64,000 nt of DNA from assembly GCA_043800555.1 (NCBI GenBank), contig JAZDMX010000003.1, forward strand, positions 33,947 through 97,946. The letters run 5' to 3'. The notes beneath the pieces are model-generated. The model did no database searches. It worked only from the letters and a program-made list of their open reading frames with translations, and had not been told where the DNA came from. Position numbers and translations under genes: made by a program. The DNA comes from Candidatus Omnitrophota bacterium. GTDB taxonomy: Bacteria; Omnitrophota; Gorgyraeia; Gygaellales; Profunditerraquicolaceae. The first letter of the stretch is position 1; the number at the start of each line of letters is the position of its first letter. This document shows positions 49,825 to 58,833 of the stretch, piece by piece.

Positions 49825-50340
49825 ATGAAAAAAGATTGCGGTATGATTATTTTTGGTGCAGGCTTATCTTTAATGCTAGCGTTTTCATCTAGGGCATTCG
49901 CCGCGCCAAAATTTGATTTTACTCCGTCAACAGAGCTGGGGGCGGATGAGATAGCCAAGAAGTCTTCGGTTTTGTATAATTCCAGCAAAGAAGAGGCCAC
50001 CCGGCCGGCAGTCGTGTATCTTAGCCGGGGGTTAAAAGACCCCTTTAAGCCTTTTGTAACAGAGAAGAAGGCGGAGGATATAAAGAATGCCTTAAAAGAA
50101 GTGAAACCTTTGCCGGAAATGAAAGTGCAGGGTTTGATCTGGGGAGGAGTTTTTCCTCAGGCGATCATAAATAACAAAGTCGTAAAGGTAGGGGATAGCA
50201 TAGGGGAGGTAAAAATTACGGCAATAAGCGCAAAAGGAGTAACTGTGCTTTTTGCCAACATGCAGCATGAATTGTCTTCTCCGGTTGTTACGGGCCAACA
50301 GCAGGACGCTAAAAATAAAGGAGGCAGTGATGAAAATTAA
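49825..50340 (+). CDS. pilP: type IV pilus assembly protein PilP-like (signal peptide, periplasmic)
   Basis: Signal peptide ending AFA. DPFKPF motif and a C-terminal beta domain (VQGLIWGG...VKVGDSIGEVKITAI) typical of PilP. Confidence 0.65.
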   Translation: MKKDCGMIIFGAGLSLMLAFSSRAFAAPKFDFTPSTELGADEIAKKSSVLYNSSKEEATRPAVVYLSRGLKDPFKPFVTEKKAEDIKNALKEVKPLPEMKVQGLIWGGVFPQAIINNKVVKVGDSIGEVKITAISAKGVTVLFANMQHELSSPVVTGQQQDAKNKGGSDEN

Positions 50341-51922
50341 TTTTAAATTATTCGCTTTCATATTTTTCCTTTTTAACATTATATCTATTCCGGGAGCCGG
50401 CGCTTATGAGCCGGAGTCTCTTGCGCCCGATAAAGATGTTTTTATCTCTATGGACTTGCAGGACGCTTCCTTAAAAGACGTATTAAAACTTCTTTCAATC
50501 CAATCCGGCCTGAATTTTGTTGCTTCTGAGGCGGTTCAGGACAGGAATATAACTCTTTATATGGATAAGGTGCCTTTAAAGGAGGCGATGGATAAAATAT
50601 TTAAGGCGAATAACCTAACTTATGATTTAGATAAGCTGTCCAGTATATTTATCGTTAATGACTGGGGAAAACCCGCGATCCAGACAGTGACAAGAGTTTT
50701 TTACCTGAAACACGCCACTGTTTCTTCTTCCTCTTTGAAGGAGGAGATGAAAAATAGCATGAGCGGAACTTCCTCTACTTTGAGTACTTCGGGCTCTTCA
50801 AGTGATTCGGGTAGCTCTTCTTCCGGGTCCTCTTCAAGCAGCTCTAGCGATACTGGAAAATGGAAGGTAGAGGAGAATACGGGGATTACCCAGGTGGTAA
50901 AGAATATTTTATCCAAGGATGGTTCGGTAATTGAAGATTTTCGCACTAATAGCCTTACGGTTACGGATATACCCAGCAAGATGGAGGTGGTGGCCCGGGT
51001 AATCGCTTCTTTGGATGTTTCTGTCCCGGAAGTTATGCTTGAGGTTGAGATCCTGGATGTAAGCAAGAATGTTGTGGATCAAATCGGTTTTAAATTCGGC
51101 CAAACGCCTTTCAGCGTGGCTGTAAAGGGCGCTAGCATAAGCACCGAGTATCCTTTTGCCCCGTCTATGTATTCCTTCAGGGATGTCGCCAAAACCCTTA
51201 CTTCCGGGTCTATAGATATAAGCAACGGGAGTAACGGAACGAGTATTTATAATATGCAGCTGGATTTCTTAAGGACGCAAACCGATACCAAATTTCTGGC
51301 CCGCCCTAAAATATTAACTTTGAATAATGAGACTGCCGAAGTCAAAATTACTACTGATGAAGCTATAGGCGTTACAAGCGTTACGGAAGGCCAGGGTACT
51401 TCTTCTTCGACAACCACTACGGCGGAACGTTATGAAACCGGTGTTTCGTTAAGAGTAACGCCGCAGATTGACCTTGAAGCCAGAGAGGTTTTGATGTTTG
51501 TCTGCCCGCAGGTTTCCGAAGCCTCGACTACAAGCGCTTCTTTTACCAGCAATGGCCAGGTATACACGTTTCTTAATCCCGAAGTCCGCAGCACTAAGAC
51601 TACCGTGCGGATCAAAGATGGCGAAACCGTAGTCCTTGGCGGTTTAATTCGCAACCAGAATACCACTGTAATAACCAAGCTTCCCGTATTGGGAGATATA
51701 CCTTTATTAGGGGCTTTATTCAGGCATAAGAATCAATCTCCCGGCAGAGAGCGCGAGCTTTTGGTGTTCATTACTCCGCATATCATGAAAAACGGCAAGG
51801 TTGATTCAATCCCGGATAATAAGATTCCAGCCTTTCCCTTAAGGGAGCAAGCCAAGGTTATCCCTTTGACCCGGCAGCAAAACATCAGCGCTTACTTGAA
51901 TAATTTCGAAACTAAACGTTAG
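50330..51922 (+). CDS. pilQ: type IV pilus secretin PilQ
   Basis: Signal peptide, Ser-rich linker, secretin C-domain (ARPKILTLNNETAEVKI...GETVVLGGLIRN...LPVLGDIPLLGALFR...LLVFITPHI). Confidence 0.9.
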   Translation: MKINFKLFAFIFFLFNIISIPGAGAYEPESLAPDKDVFISMDLQDASLKDVLKLLSIQSGLNFVASEAVQDRNITLYMDKVPLKEAMDKIFKANNLTYDLDKLSSIFIVNDWGKPAIQTVTRVFYLKHATVSSSSLKEEMKNSMSGTSSTLSTSGSSSDSGSSSSGSSSSSSSDTGKWKVEENTGITQVVKNILSKDGSVIEDFRTNSLTVTDIPSKMEVVARVIASLDVSVPEVMLEVEILDVSKNVVDQIGFKFGQTPFSVAVKGASISTEYPFAPSMYSFRDVAKTLTSGSIDISNGSNGTSIYNMQLDFLRTQTDTKFLARPKILTLNNETAEVKITTDEAIGVTSVTEGQGTSSSTTTTAERYETGVSLRVTPQIDLEAREVLMFVCPQVSEASTTSASFTSNGQVYTFLNPEVRSTKTTVRIKDGETVVLGGLIRNQNTTVITKLPVLGDIPLLGALFRHKNQSPGRERELLVFITPHIMKNGKVDSIPDNKIPAFPLREQAKVIPLTRQQNISAYLNNFETKR

Positions 51923-51936
51923 GCTTCCTTAAATCC

Positions 51937-53669
51937 ATGTTGAATAAAGGAAAATATTTGAGGTTAGGCGAACTTCTTATCAAGGAAGGTTTGCTTACCG
52001 ATGCCCAATTGGAAAAGGCCATATCCTCCCAGCGGCAGGAAGGCGGCAGGTTGGGCGAGGTTTTAGTCAAGCTTGGCATGATTAAAGAAGACCAGATGGT
52101 GGCTGTTTTAGGCAAACAGCTCAATGTCCCCTATTTCTCGCTGGGGACCGGCATGCTTAAACCGGCTATGGATCAAGAGCTCGAGCGGCTTATTTTGCAT
52201 GATTTTGCCATGAAAAATACCGTTCTTCCCTTATCCCGCACCTTGCGCTCTTTAACCGTGGCTATGTCCGATCCTTTGGATTTGATTCTTGTTGATAATT
52301 TAAGCAAGCTGACTAATTGCGAGATTAATCCTGTTATCGCCACAAATCCGATATTATCAAGGCGATCGGGGATTTTTACGGTAAATCCACCATGTTAAAG
52401 CAGGCGGTGGAGGATACTTATGATGTTTCCGCGGCTGAACTTGCTTCTGCGGGAATAATCTCCGAAGATGAGGCTGATCAGGAATTAAGCCTGGACAGGC
52501 TGGTTGCCCGGGCAGAAGAAGCTCCGGTTGTAAAACTGGTTGATTTAATCATCCGCCAGGCAATTGATGAACGTGCCTCGGATATCCATATCGAACCGTT
52601 TAAAGATAAGATATCTTTGAGATACCGTATTGACGGTAAGCTCTATGAAATACCTCCTCCGGCAAAACACCTGCATATGCCGATTATCTCGCGCATTAAG
52701 ATTTTATCAAAACTGGATATTGCCGAGAAACGCCTTCCTCAGGACGGAGCGTTTTTGGTAAAAATTGGAGATAGGCCTATAGATATTCGCGTTTCTTCCA
52801 TACCCACGATATATGGCGAGAAAGTGGTAATGAGGCTGCTTGACCGCAGCCAGGTGGTTTTGGATCTGGGTAAATTGGGTTTTGAGCCAAAGCAGCTGGA
52901 GTTTATGCGAAAATTCATAAGAACGCCTTACGGATTAATTTTTCTGACCGGCCCTACGGGCAGCGGCAAAACTACTACTTTATATGCCATATTAAGCGAA
53001 ATAAAAGACCCCGGGAAGAATATCGTTACTATCGAAGATCCAGTAGAGTATAAGCTGGATGGCATTAATCAGGTGCAGGTTAAGCCCGAGATAGGCCTTA
53101 CTTTTGCTACGGCTTTACGCAGTTTCTTAAGGCAGGACCCCGACATAATGCTTGTCGGGGAAGTGCGCGATTTGGAGACCGCCCAGATATGCGTGCGTTC
53201 GGCGCTTACAGGACATTTGGTTTTAAGCACATTGCATACTAATGACGCGCCTACTGCCGTAAGCCGCCTCATGGATATTGGCATTGAGCCGTATATGTTA
53301 TCTTCTTCCCTGGTAGCGGTAATCGGCCAGCGTTTAGTTAGAAAACTGTGCCTGGAATGCAAGGAAGCGTATGAACCAAAGCAGGAGGAGCTCAAGAATA
53401 TAAAATTAAAAGCGGATTTAATTTATAAGGCCAAAGGATGCGCCAGTTGCAATAATACAGGGTATCGAGGCAGGATTTCCATTTCGGAGGTTATGTATGT
53501 AAATGAAGAGATAAAGAGTTTAATCAGCCAGAGAGCGTCGTTCCAGAAGATAAGGGATGCTGCCAGGGCAATCGGCATGCAGACTCTGTATGAGTCCGCC
53601 CTGAAGAAAGTCGAAGAAGGGTTGACTTCTCTGGAAGACGCGCTTTCGGTTACCTTAGGAGCTGAGTAA
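51937..53669 (+). CDS. pilB: type IV pilus assembly ATPase PilB (GspE family), interrupted by an apparent -1 frameshift in an A run at 52344-52346 (ORFs 51937-52398 and 52392-53669)
   Basis: T2SSE_N domain in ORF1. ORF2 has Walker A GPTGSGKTT, Asp box, Walker B, His box and a tetra-Cys motif (CLEC...CASC). Adding one A restores ...EINPVIATKSDIIKAIGDFYGKSTMLKQ... across the junction. Confidence 0.85.
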
Positions 53670-54913
53670 TGGCTAAATTCTTTTATATAGCCCGGAATAA
53701 AGCCGGGAATAAAGTAAGCGGGATAGAGGAAGGCGCGAACCAGGATGAAGTAATCAACCGCCTGCAGGGCAAAGATTTTATAATAATAAGTATTTCTTCC
53801 GGCTCCAGCCAGGAATCTCCTGCTCCTGCCAACTCAATTGCCGCTTCAAAAGGCAAAACCAGCCCCCAGCATAATCGGATTAACGGTTCCGACCTCACTC
53901 TTTTTTGCCGTCAGTTAGCCACGCTTCTGGGCGCCGGGGTAACGATCTTAAAGAGCTTAAATATAATTGCGCAGCAGGTTGCCAGCAAGCGGCTTTACAT
54001 TGTAATTAAAGATTTGGAAAAGAACATGGAAGCCGGATTAAGTTTTCATGAAGCGATGGCCAAGCACCCTACGGTATTCACTGAACTTTGGGTCCATTTG
54101 GTGGAGAGCGGGGAGGCCAGCGGAAACCTGGCTGTTGTTTTAAGCCGGTTAGCCAGTTATCTTGAGAGAGACGCGGCTTTTAAGAAAAAGATTGTATCGG
54201 CTCTGATTTATCCGGCGATATTGTTTTCGGCCGGTATATTGGCGTTATTGTTTATGAGTATTAAGATAATCCCTACTTTTGCCGAGATCTTCGGCAATTT
54301 TAATATCAAGATGCCTTTTTTGACCCTTGTTTTGATATATATAAGTAAGTTTATCCGGTCATATTATTTGTTGATGATCGGCGGGTTATCCGCGCTGGTC
54401 TGGCTTTTGCGCAGGTATATCTCGACTAAGGCCGGAAAGAGAAACTTTGAAGAGTTTCTTTTGAGGCTGCCTGTTTTTGGCGAAGCTTTTCGGACCATGA
54501 TTATCGAACGGTTTACTTCTGAAATGTCGACTCTCGTGGAAAGCGGGGTGCCGATACTTTATTCCCTTGAAATAGCCGAACGCAGCGTCAACAGCGTTAT
54601 TTTGGGGGAGATCATCCGTAATATTAAAGATGATGTCCGTTCCGGCAAAGCCTTGGGGCTTTCTTTGGAGAGAGGCAACTTTTTTGACCCGATGGCAGTC
54701 CAGATGATAAATATAGGCGAAGAGATCGGGGAGCTTTCCAATATGTTCAAGCGCTTAAACGCTTTTTATCAGGAATACCTGGATACGTTTCTGACGCGTT
54801 TTACCGCGATGTTTGAGCCGATCATGCTTGTCGGTATAGGCGCCGTTATCGGTATAATGGTTATCGGCATGTTCCTGCCGATATTCGAGATTGCCCAGAT
54901 TGGCACTAAATAA
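53669..54913 (+). CDS. pilC: type IV pilus inner-membrane platform protein PilC (GspF family)
   Basis: 414 aa. Two GspF repeats (...LATLLGAGVTILKSL... / ...ESGVPILYSLEIA...), 3 TM. Confidence 0.9.
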   Translation: MAKFFYIARNKAGNKVSGIEEGANQDEVINRLQGKDFIIISISSGSSQESPAPANSIAASKGKTSPQHNRINGSDLTLFCRQLATLLGAGVTILKSLNIIAQQVASKRLYIVIKDLEKNMEAGLSFHEAMAKHPTVFTELWVHLVESGEASGNLAVVLSRLASYLERDAAFKKKIVSALIYPAILFSAGILALLFMSIKIIPTFAEIFGNFNIKMPFLTLVLIYISKFIRSYYLLMIGGLSALVWLLRRYISTKAGKRNFEEFLLRLPVFGEAFRTMIIERFTSEMSTLVESGVPILYSLEIAERSVNSVILGEIIRNIKDDVRSGKALGLSLERGNFFDPMAVQMINIGEEIGELSNMFKRLNAFYQEYLDTFLTRFTAMFEPIMLVGIGAVIGIMVIGMFLPIFEIAQIGTK

Positions 54914-55049
54914 GAAAATACTTGCAATTTTCTGAGAATTGCATTAACATATATACGTGTTAAGGGCGGTATATTATAATTTATAATTTAGTTACACCCG
55001 GAGCTAATCGTTTGTTAGCCGGTGTTACCCTTGCGGGTAAGGAGGAAAA

Positions 55050-55460
55050 ATGAGGATGAAGAGAAGATGGAGCGGTTTTACGTTAATTGAACTTATTATA
55101 GTCATTGTAATTATCGGCATTTTGGCTTTAGTCGCTTTACCGCGTTATTTTGCCAACATTGAGAATGCCAGAAAAGCAGAAGCTTTGTCTACGATGCGTT
55201 CTTACCGCGAGGCCGAGTTAGCCTATTACGCCAAGAATGGAGCATATGTGGCCGTAGCAGCCTCTGGCGCGCTTAGAGTGGATATTGATGGCGATGGAGT
55301 GGCTGATATCTCAGTAGATGCCAATTCAAGCAATTTCACTTTTGCCGCCACTACCGCAGGCGTTATTACCGCGACCCATACGGCTACGGGAGGCACAGTT
55401 AATTATTATATGTGCGTGGAGAGCGGTAAGGCGGGCACAGGGACAGCTTCTTGTCCGTAA
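55050..55460 (+). CDS. type IV prepilin (class III signal: RRWSG|FTLIELIIVIVIIGILA)
   Basis: Gly-1/Phe+1/Glu+5 prepilin peptidase motif and hydrophobic alpha1 helix. 136 aa with C-terminal Cys pair. Confidence 0.8.
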   Translation: MRMKRRWSGFTLIELIIVIVIIGILALVALPRYFANIENARKAEALSTMRSYREAELAYYAKNGAYVAVAASGALRVDIDGDGVADISVDANSSNFTFAATTAGVITATHTATGGTVNYYMCVESGKAGTGTASCP

Positions 55461-55506
55461 TCCAGTAAACTTACGTGACGGAGTTATAGCAGCGAACGCA
55501 AAATAT

Positions 55507-55890
55507 ATGGCTAAAACAAACAAGAAAAACGCGTTTACTCTACTAGAGCTGCTTATTGTAATAACTTTAGTTGGTATTTTGGCTGTTATAGTTATGACTA
55601 GGTACGGGGCAGTCGCGGAAAACGCCCGCTCGGCGGAAGCATACGCTGTTTTAGCTGAGGTCGCTGCTTCGGAAAGCGGCTATTACGTGGAAAATAACGC
55701 GTATACAACTACCTGGTCGAATTTAGACAGGTATGCTGCTGCTCCCCCAAGCGATAATTTTACCTATACCCTTAATTCCGGTTATTACGGTAAGGCCGCG
55801 CCAAAATCAGGGCGGGGGACGAAGACCTATTATATGTGTTTTGACGGAACGAACAAAGGGACAGCTATCCCATCGTGTTCGACTCCTTAA
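55507..55890 (+). CDS. type IV prepilin (KKNA|FTLLELLIVITLVGILA)
   Basis: Prepilin N-terminus with Glu+5. 127 aa, C-terminal Cys pair (YYMCFDGTNKGTAIPSC). Confidence 0.8.
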   Translation: MAKTNKKNAFTLLELLIVITLVGILAVIVMTRYGAVAENARSAEAYAVLAEVAASESGYYVENNAYTTTWSNLDRYAAAPPSDNFTYTLNSGYYGKAAPKSGRGTKTYYMCFDGTNKGTAIPSCSTP

Positions 55891-55891
55891 G

Positions 55892-56350
55892 ATGAATAAG
55901 AAAATCCCGCTAGAGAAAAGTATTGGTGAAAAAGGCTTTTCTCTGGCGGGATTTACTTTATTGGAATTGCTTCTGGTGGTTACGGTTATAGTGATCCTAG
56001 CCTTAATAGCCATTCCCGGATACAATAAGTCTAAGAACAGGGCAATAGGCAAGGAAGCTGTTGCCAATCTCAAGCTTATAGCCGCGGCAGAGCGGATATA
56101 TAAGATGGAGAATGATTCCTATATTACATGCGTATGCACAAATTCTACTACTTGCGCAGCGTCTACCGGATGTAATTCCCGCCTTAGGCTGATGTTGAAT
56201 ACGTCAAACTGGCAATATGGAGTGACCGGTTCTGCCACAGCCGTTACCGTTACGGCTACTTACAAGTTAAATAGCAGTTGCAAGTATAATATTTACAGCT
56301 CAAACTTCGATTTAGACCCTGTAAAATCAGGCGCAGCAAGTTGCCCTTAG
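55892..56350 (+). CDS. type IV prepilin (SLAG|FTLLELLLVVTVIVILA)
   Basis: Prepilin N-terminus with Glu+5. 152 aa, several Cys. Confidence 0.8.
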   Translation: MNKKIPLEKSIGEKGFSLAGFTLLELLLVVTVIVILALIAIPGYNKSKNRAIGKEAVANLKLIAAAERIYKMENDSYITCVCTNSTTCAASTGCNSRLRLMLNTSNWQYGVTGSATAVTVTATYKLNSSCKYNIYSSNFDLDPVKSGAASCP

Positions 56351-56354
56351 GCGG

Positions 56355-56732
56355 ATGATGAATAAAAAAGCCCTAAGCCTGCTGGAAATAATTATTTCTA
56401 TGGTGATATTAGCTATGGTCATTGCCGGCGTAGCTAGTGTTTTTGTGGCGGGTAAGAGGTTTATACTGCATAACCGCTCCCGGATGGCCGGAAGCGAGTT
56501 AGGCAAGGTATTCCTGGATCCTCTGCAGGCTTATATCAGGCAGGACACCTGGGCCGGAAGTAATTGTTTTAATACCAATAATGCCAGTAACCCCGCTAGT
56601 ATGGCTAGTTGCCCTTCAGTCCCTGTAACTTATACCATCGGTTTTTTGACTTATACCCCTCAATATTACATTAGTAATATTAATACCAATATTAAGAAAG
56701 TGAAAATGGTGGTGAGCTGGCCTTCTGAATAA
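56355..56732 (+). CDS. minor (pseudo)pilin, prepilin-like N-terminus (KKA|LSLLEIIISMVILAMVIAG)
   Basis: Glu+5 retained, non-canonical Ala-1/Leu+1. 125 aa. Confidence 0.65.
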   Translation: MMNKKALSLLEIIISMVILAMVIAGVASVFVAGKRFILHNRSRMAGSELGKVFLDPLQAYIRQDTWAGSNCFNTNNASNPASMASCPSVPVTYTIGFLTYTPQYYISNINTNIKKVKMVVSWPSE

Positions 56733-57340
56733 TGCGCGTTGACCTTCGTCAATCCTTAACCCTGGTGGAGTTATTAATCGCCATATCGTTATTGGCGGTA
56801 ATGATCTTGGGTGTTAGTAACATCGATGTTTTCAGCCGGTATCATCTTATTACCACTGACCACCGGGCCAAGCTGCAAAATGATGTTTCGCTTTGCCTTG
56901 AACATATGACTAAGAAGTTGTCTGGCGCCATAGGCAATGAAACGCTTTATGGGGCGAATTCCGCGGTATTCATCAGCCCGAATTCTACAAACACCGCTGT
57001 TTTATCGGTATTAGCGGACGCAAACGGCAGCGGCCAGAGGGAGCTTATCGGAGGGGATTATTGGATTGGGTATAATTTTGACTCTAGCGCAAAACAGTTT
57101 AGATATTGCGGTCAATGCACCAGCTCCTTATGTTCTTCATGTTCTGTGGCGCAAGAGGTCCTAGCCAGGAACATAACCGCATTTTCAGCCTCTAAAGATT
57201 TTTCCCGGGGAAACTATATAAACGTTACTCTTACCGCTTGCAGCGATCCTACGGGGGCAACTGCTTCCTGCGGATCTTCTAATAACCCCGCAGTTACTAT
57301 GTCCACCAGTATTACCTTGCCCGCAGTTGCCGCTAACTAG
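56732..57340 (+). CDS. minor (pseudo)pilin, prepilin-like N-terminus (RQS|LTLVELLIAISLLAVMILG)
   Basis: Glu+5 retained. 202 aa. Last gene of the pilin block. Confidence 0.65.
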   Translation: MRVDLRQSLTLVELLIAISLLAVMILGVSNIDVFSRYHLITTDHRAKLQNDVSLCLEHMTKKLSGAIGNETLYGANSAVFISPNSTNTAVLSVLADANGSGQRELIGGDYWIGYNFDSSAKQFRYCGQCTSSLCSSCSVAQEVLARNITAFSASKDFSRGNYINVTLTACSDPTGATASCGSSNNPAVTMSTSITLPAVAAN

Positions 57341-57343
57341 AGT

Positions 57344-57413
57344 GGGAAAATGGGGACGTTTCTACTTTTCCGGCAGCTAAACTCAGGAAAAGTAGAAACG
57401 TCCCCATTTTCAT
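57344..57413. repeat. palindromic hairpin repeat, copy C (intergenic, between pilin block and tRNA-Ala)
   Basis: GAAAATGGGGACGTTTCTACTTTT 57344-57369, 18-nt loop, AAAAGTAGAAACGTCCCCATTTTC 57388-57413. Perfect 24-nt arms. Confidence 0.85.
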
Positions 57414-57429
57414 GATATAATAAAAATAC

Positions 57430-57502
57430 GGGCCTGTAGCTCAGCTGGGAGAGCGCCTCGTTCGCAACGAGGAGGTCAGCGGTTCGATCCCGCTCAGGTC
57501 CA
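57430..57502 (+). tRNA. tRNA-Ala (anticodon CGC)
   Basis: 73-nt cloverleaf. Acceptor GGGCCUG/CAGGUCC with the G3:U70 Ala identity pair, D-arm GCTCAGCTGGGAGAGC, anticodon stem CCTCG/CGAGG with loop TTCGCAA, T-arm GGTTCGATCC. No encoded CCA. Confidence 0.9.
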
Positions 57503-57609
57503 TAAATAATTTTTCCTGAATTTTCCGGGATACTCAAGCCAACCTAGTCAGGCGGCAGGCTAAGCAATCCCTAAGCCGTTTCCCCGGCAAAAATCCAAGG
57601 CAGTGCGGC

Positions 57610-58833
57610 ATGAAGAATATTGGCGAATTAATTTTAAGCGTAGTTTTCCTTGTTGCTCTGATTTTGTTTTGTGTTTTCCTGCCCGGTTTGTTTGATTCTC
57701 AACAATTAACCCGTTTGATGCATTCCGGTTTAAAGCCCGGGGTTTGCCCTGTCCGGGATGCGGTATTCCCCTTGGACCCTTTGAATGGCCCGGGATCGAG
57801 CTCTTTGTTAGAAGCCGGTGAAGTGTTGAAAGAGGCGTCTTTTTATCAGAAATTGGAAAAAAACGCCGTCCAATGCCGGCTTTGCCCCCGCCGCTGCGTG
57901 ATCCCGGATGGCTTACGGGGCTATTGCGGCGCGCGCCAAAACCGTAACGGAGTATTGTATACTTTGGTTTATGCTAAGCCCGTGGCAATACATATTGACC
58001 CTATAGAGAAGAAGCCTTTGTTCCATTTCTTGCCGGCTACAACCGTTTATTCGGTAGCTACCGCCGGATGCAACTTAAAATGTAAATTCTGCCAGAACTG
58101 GGAGATATCCCAGAGTAAGCCCGAAGACCTCGAGTATGTTTATCTTGAACCTAAAGATTTAGTAAGAAAGGCCAAGGAGTCAGGCTCGCCGGCAATAGCC
58201 TATACTTATAACGAGCCGACTGTATTCTATGAATATATGCTTGAGACTGCAAGGCTCGCCCGCCAGGAAGGCTTAAAGAACGTTATGCATTCTAACGGCT
58301 ATATAAACGAAGAGCCGCTTAGGGCTTTGGCTAAATTCCTTGACGCGGCTAACATTGACCTTAAGGGTTTTAGCGACGATTATTACGCTAAAATTGCCGA
58401 GGGCTCGCTCGGCCCGGTTTTAAATTCCTTAAAAATATTAAAAGAAGAAGGCGTGCATATAGAGATAACCACCTTGCTCCTTTCGGGTTTTAATGACGAT
58501 GCGCAGGGCCTAAGGAAGCTGTGCCTGTGGATTAAGGAAAATTTGGGGGCGGATACCCCTTTGCATTTCTCGAGGTTTTTCCCGATGTATAAACTAATGA
58601 GCCTTGCGCCGACTCCCGTAGAATCGCTTGAAAAGGCCAGGGAGATCGCTATTGATTGCGGATTACGTTATGTCTATATCGGAAATGTCCCGGCTAACCC
58701 GGCAGAAAATACCTATTGCCCTAAATGCAAAAAGCTTATTATTGAACGAAGAGGTTTTTTTGTCGTCCAGAATAACCTGGAAGACGGCAAATGCAAGTTC
58801 TGCGGCGAGAAAATCGCAGGAGTGTGGAAATGA
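57610..58833 (+). CDS. AmmeMemoRadiSam system radical SAM enzyme
   Basis: CRLCPRRC N-terminal Cys motif, and CNLKCKFC radical-SAM CxxxCxxC. The family-typical start aligns near 57823 (GTG/TTG, ...KEASFYQKLEKNAVQC). The ORF as drawn adds an about 70-aa N-terminal extension with a predicted TM helix. Confidence 0.85.
   Translation: MKNIGELILSVVFLVALILFCVFLPGLFDSQQLTRLMHSGLKPGVCPVRDAVFPLDPLNGPGSSSLLEAGEVLKEASFYQKLEKNAVQCRLCPRRCVIPDGLRGYCGARQNRNGVLYTLVYAKPVAIHIDPIEKKPLFHFLPATTVYSVATAGCNLKCKFCQNWEISQSKPEDLEYVYLEPKDLVRKAKESGSPAIAYTYNEPTVFYEYMLETARLARQEGLKNVMHSNGYINEEPLRALAKFLDAANIDLKGFSDDYYAKIAEGSLGPVLNSLKILKEEGVHIEITTLLLSGFNDDAQGLRKLCLWIKENLGADTPLHFSRFFPMYKLMSLAPTPVESLEKAREIAIDCGLRYVYIGNVPANPAENTYCPKCKKLIIERRGFFVVQNNLEDGKCKFCGEKIAGVWK

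Noticed and set aside
54901-54926. Possible sigma54 promoter (TGGCAC ... TTGCA) upstream of the pilin genes
   Set aside because: The GG and GC dinucleotides are separated by 20 nt rather than the obligatory 10. TGGCAC is simply the last codons of pilC.
57337-57537. 66-aa minus-strand ORF
   Set aside because: It is the reverse complement of tRNA-Ala plus hairpin repeat C. It contains the tell-tale tRNA-antisense peptide GPERDRTADLL...SQLSYRP.
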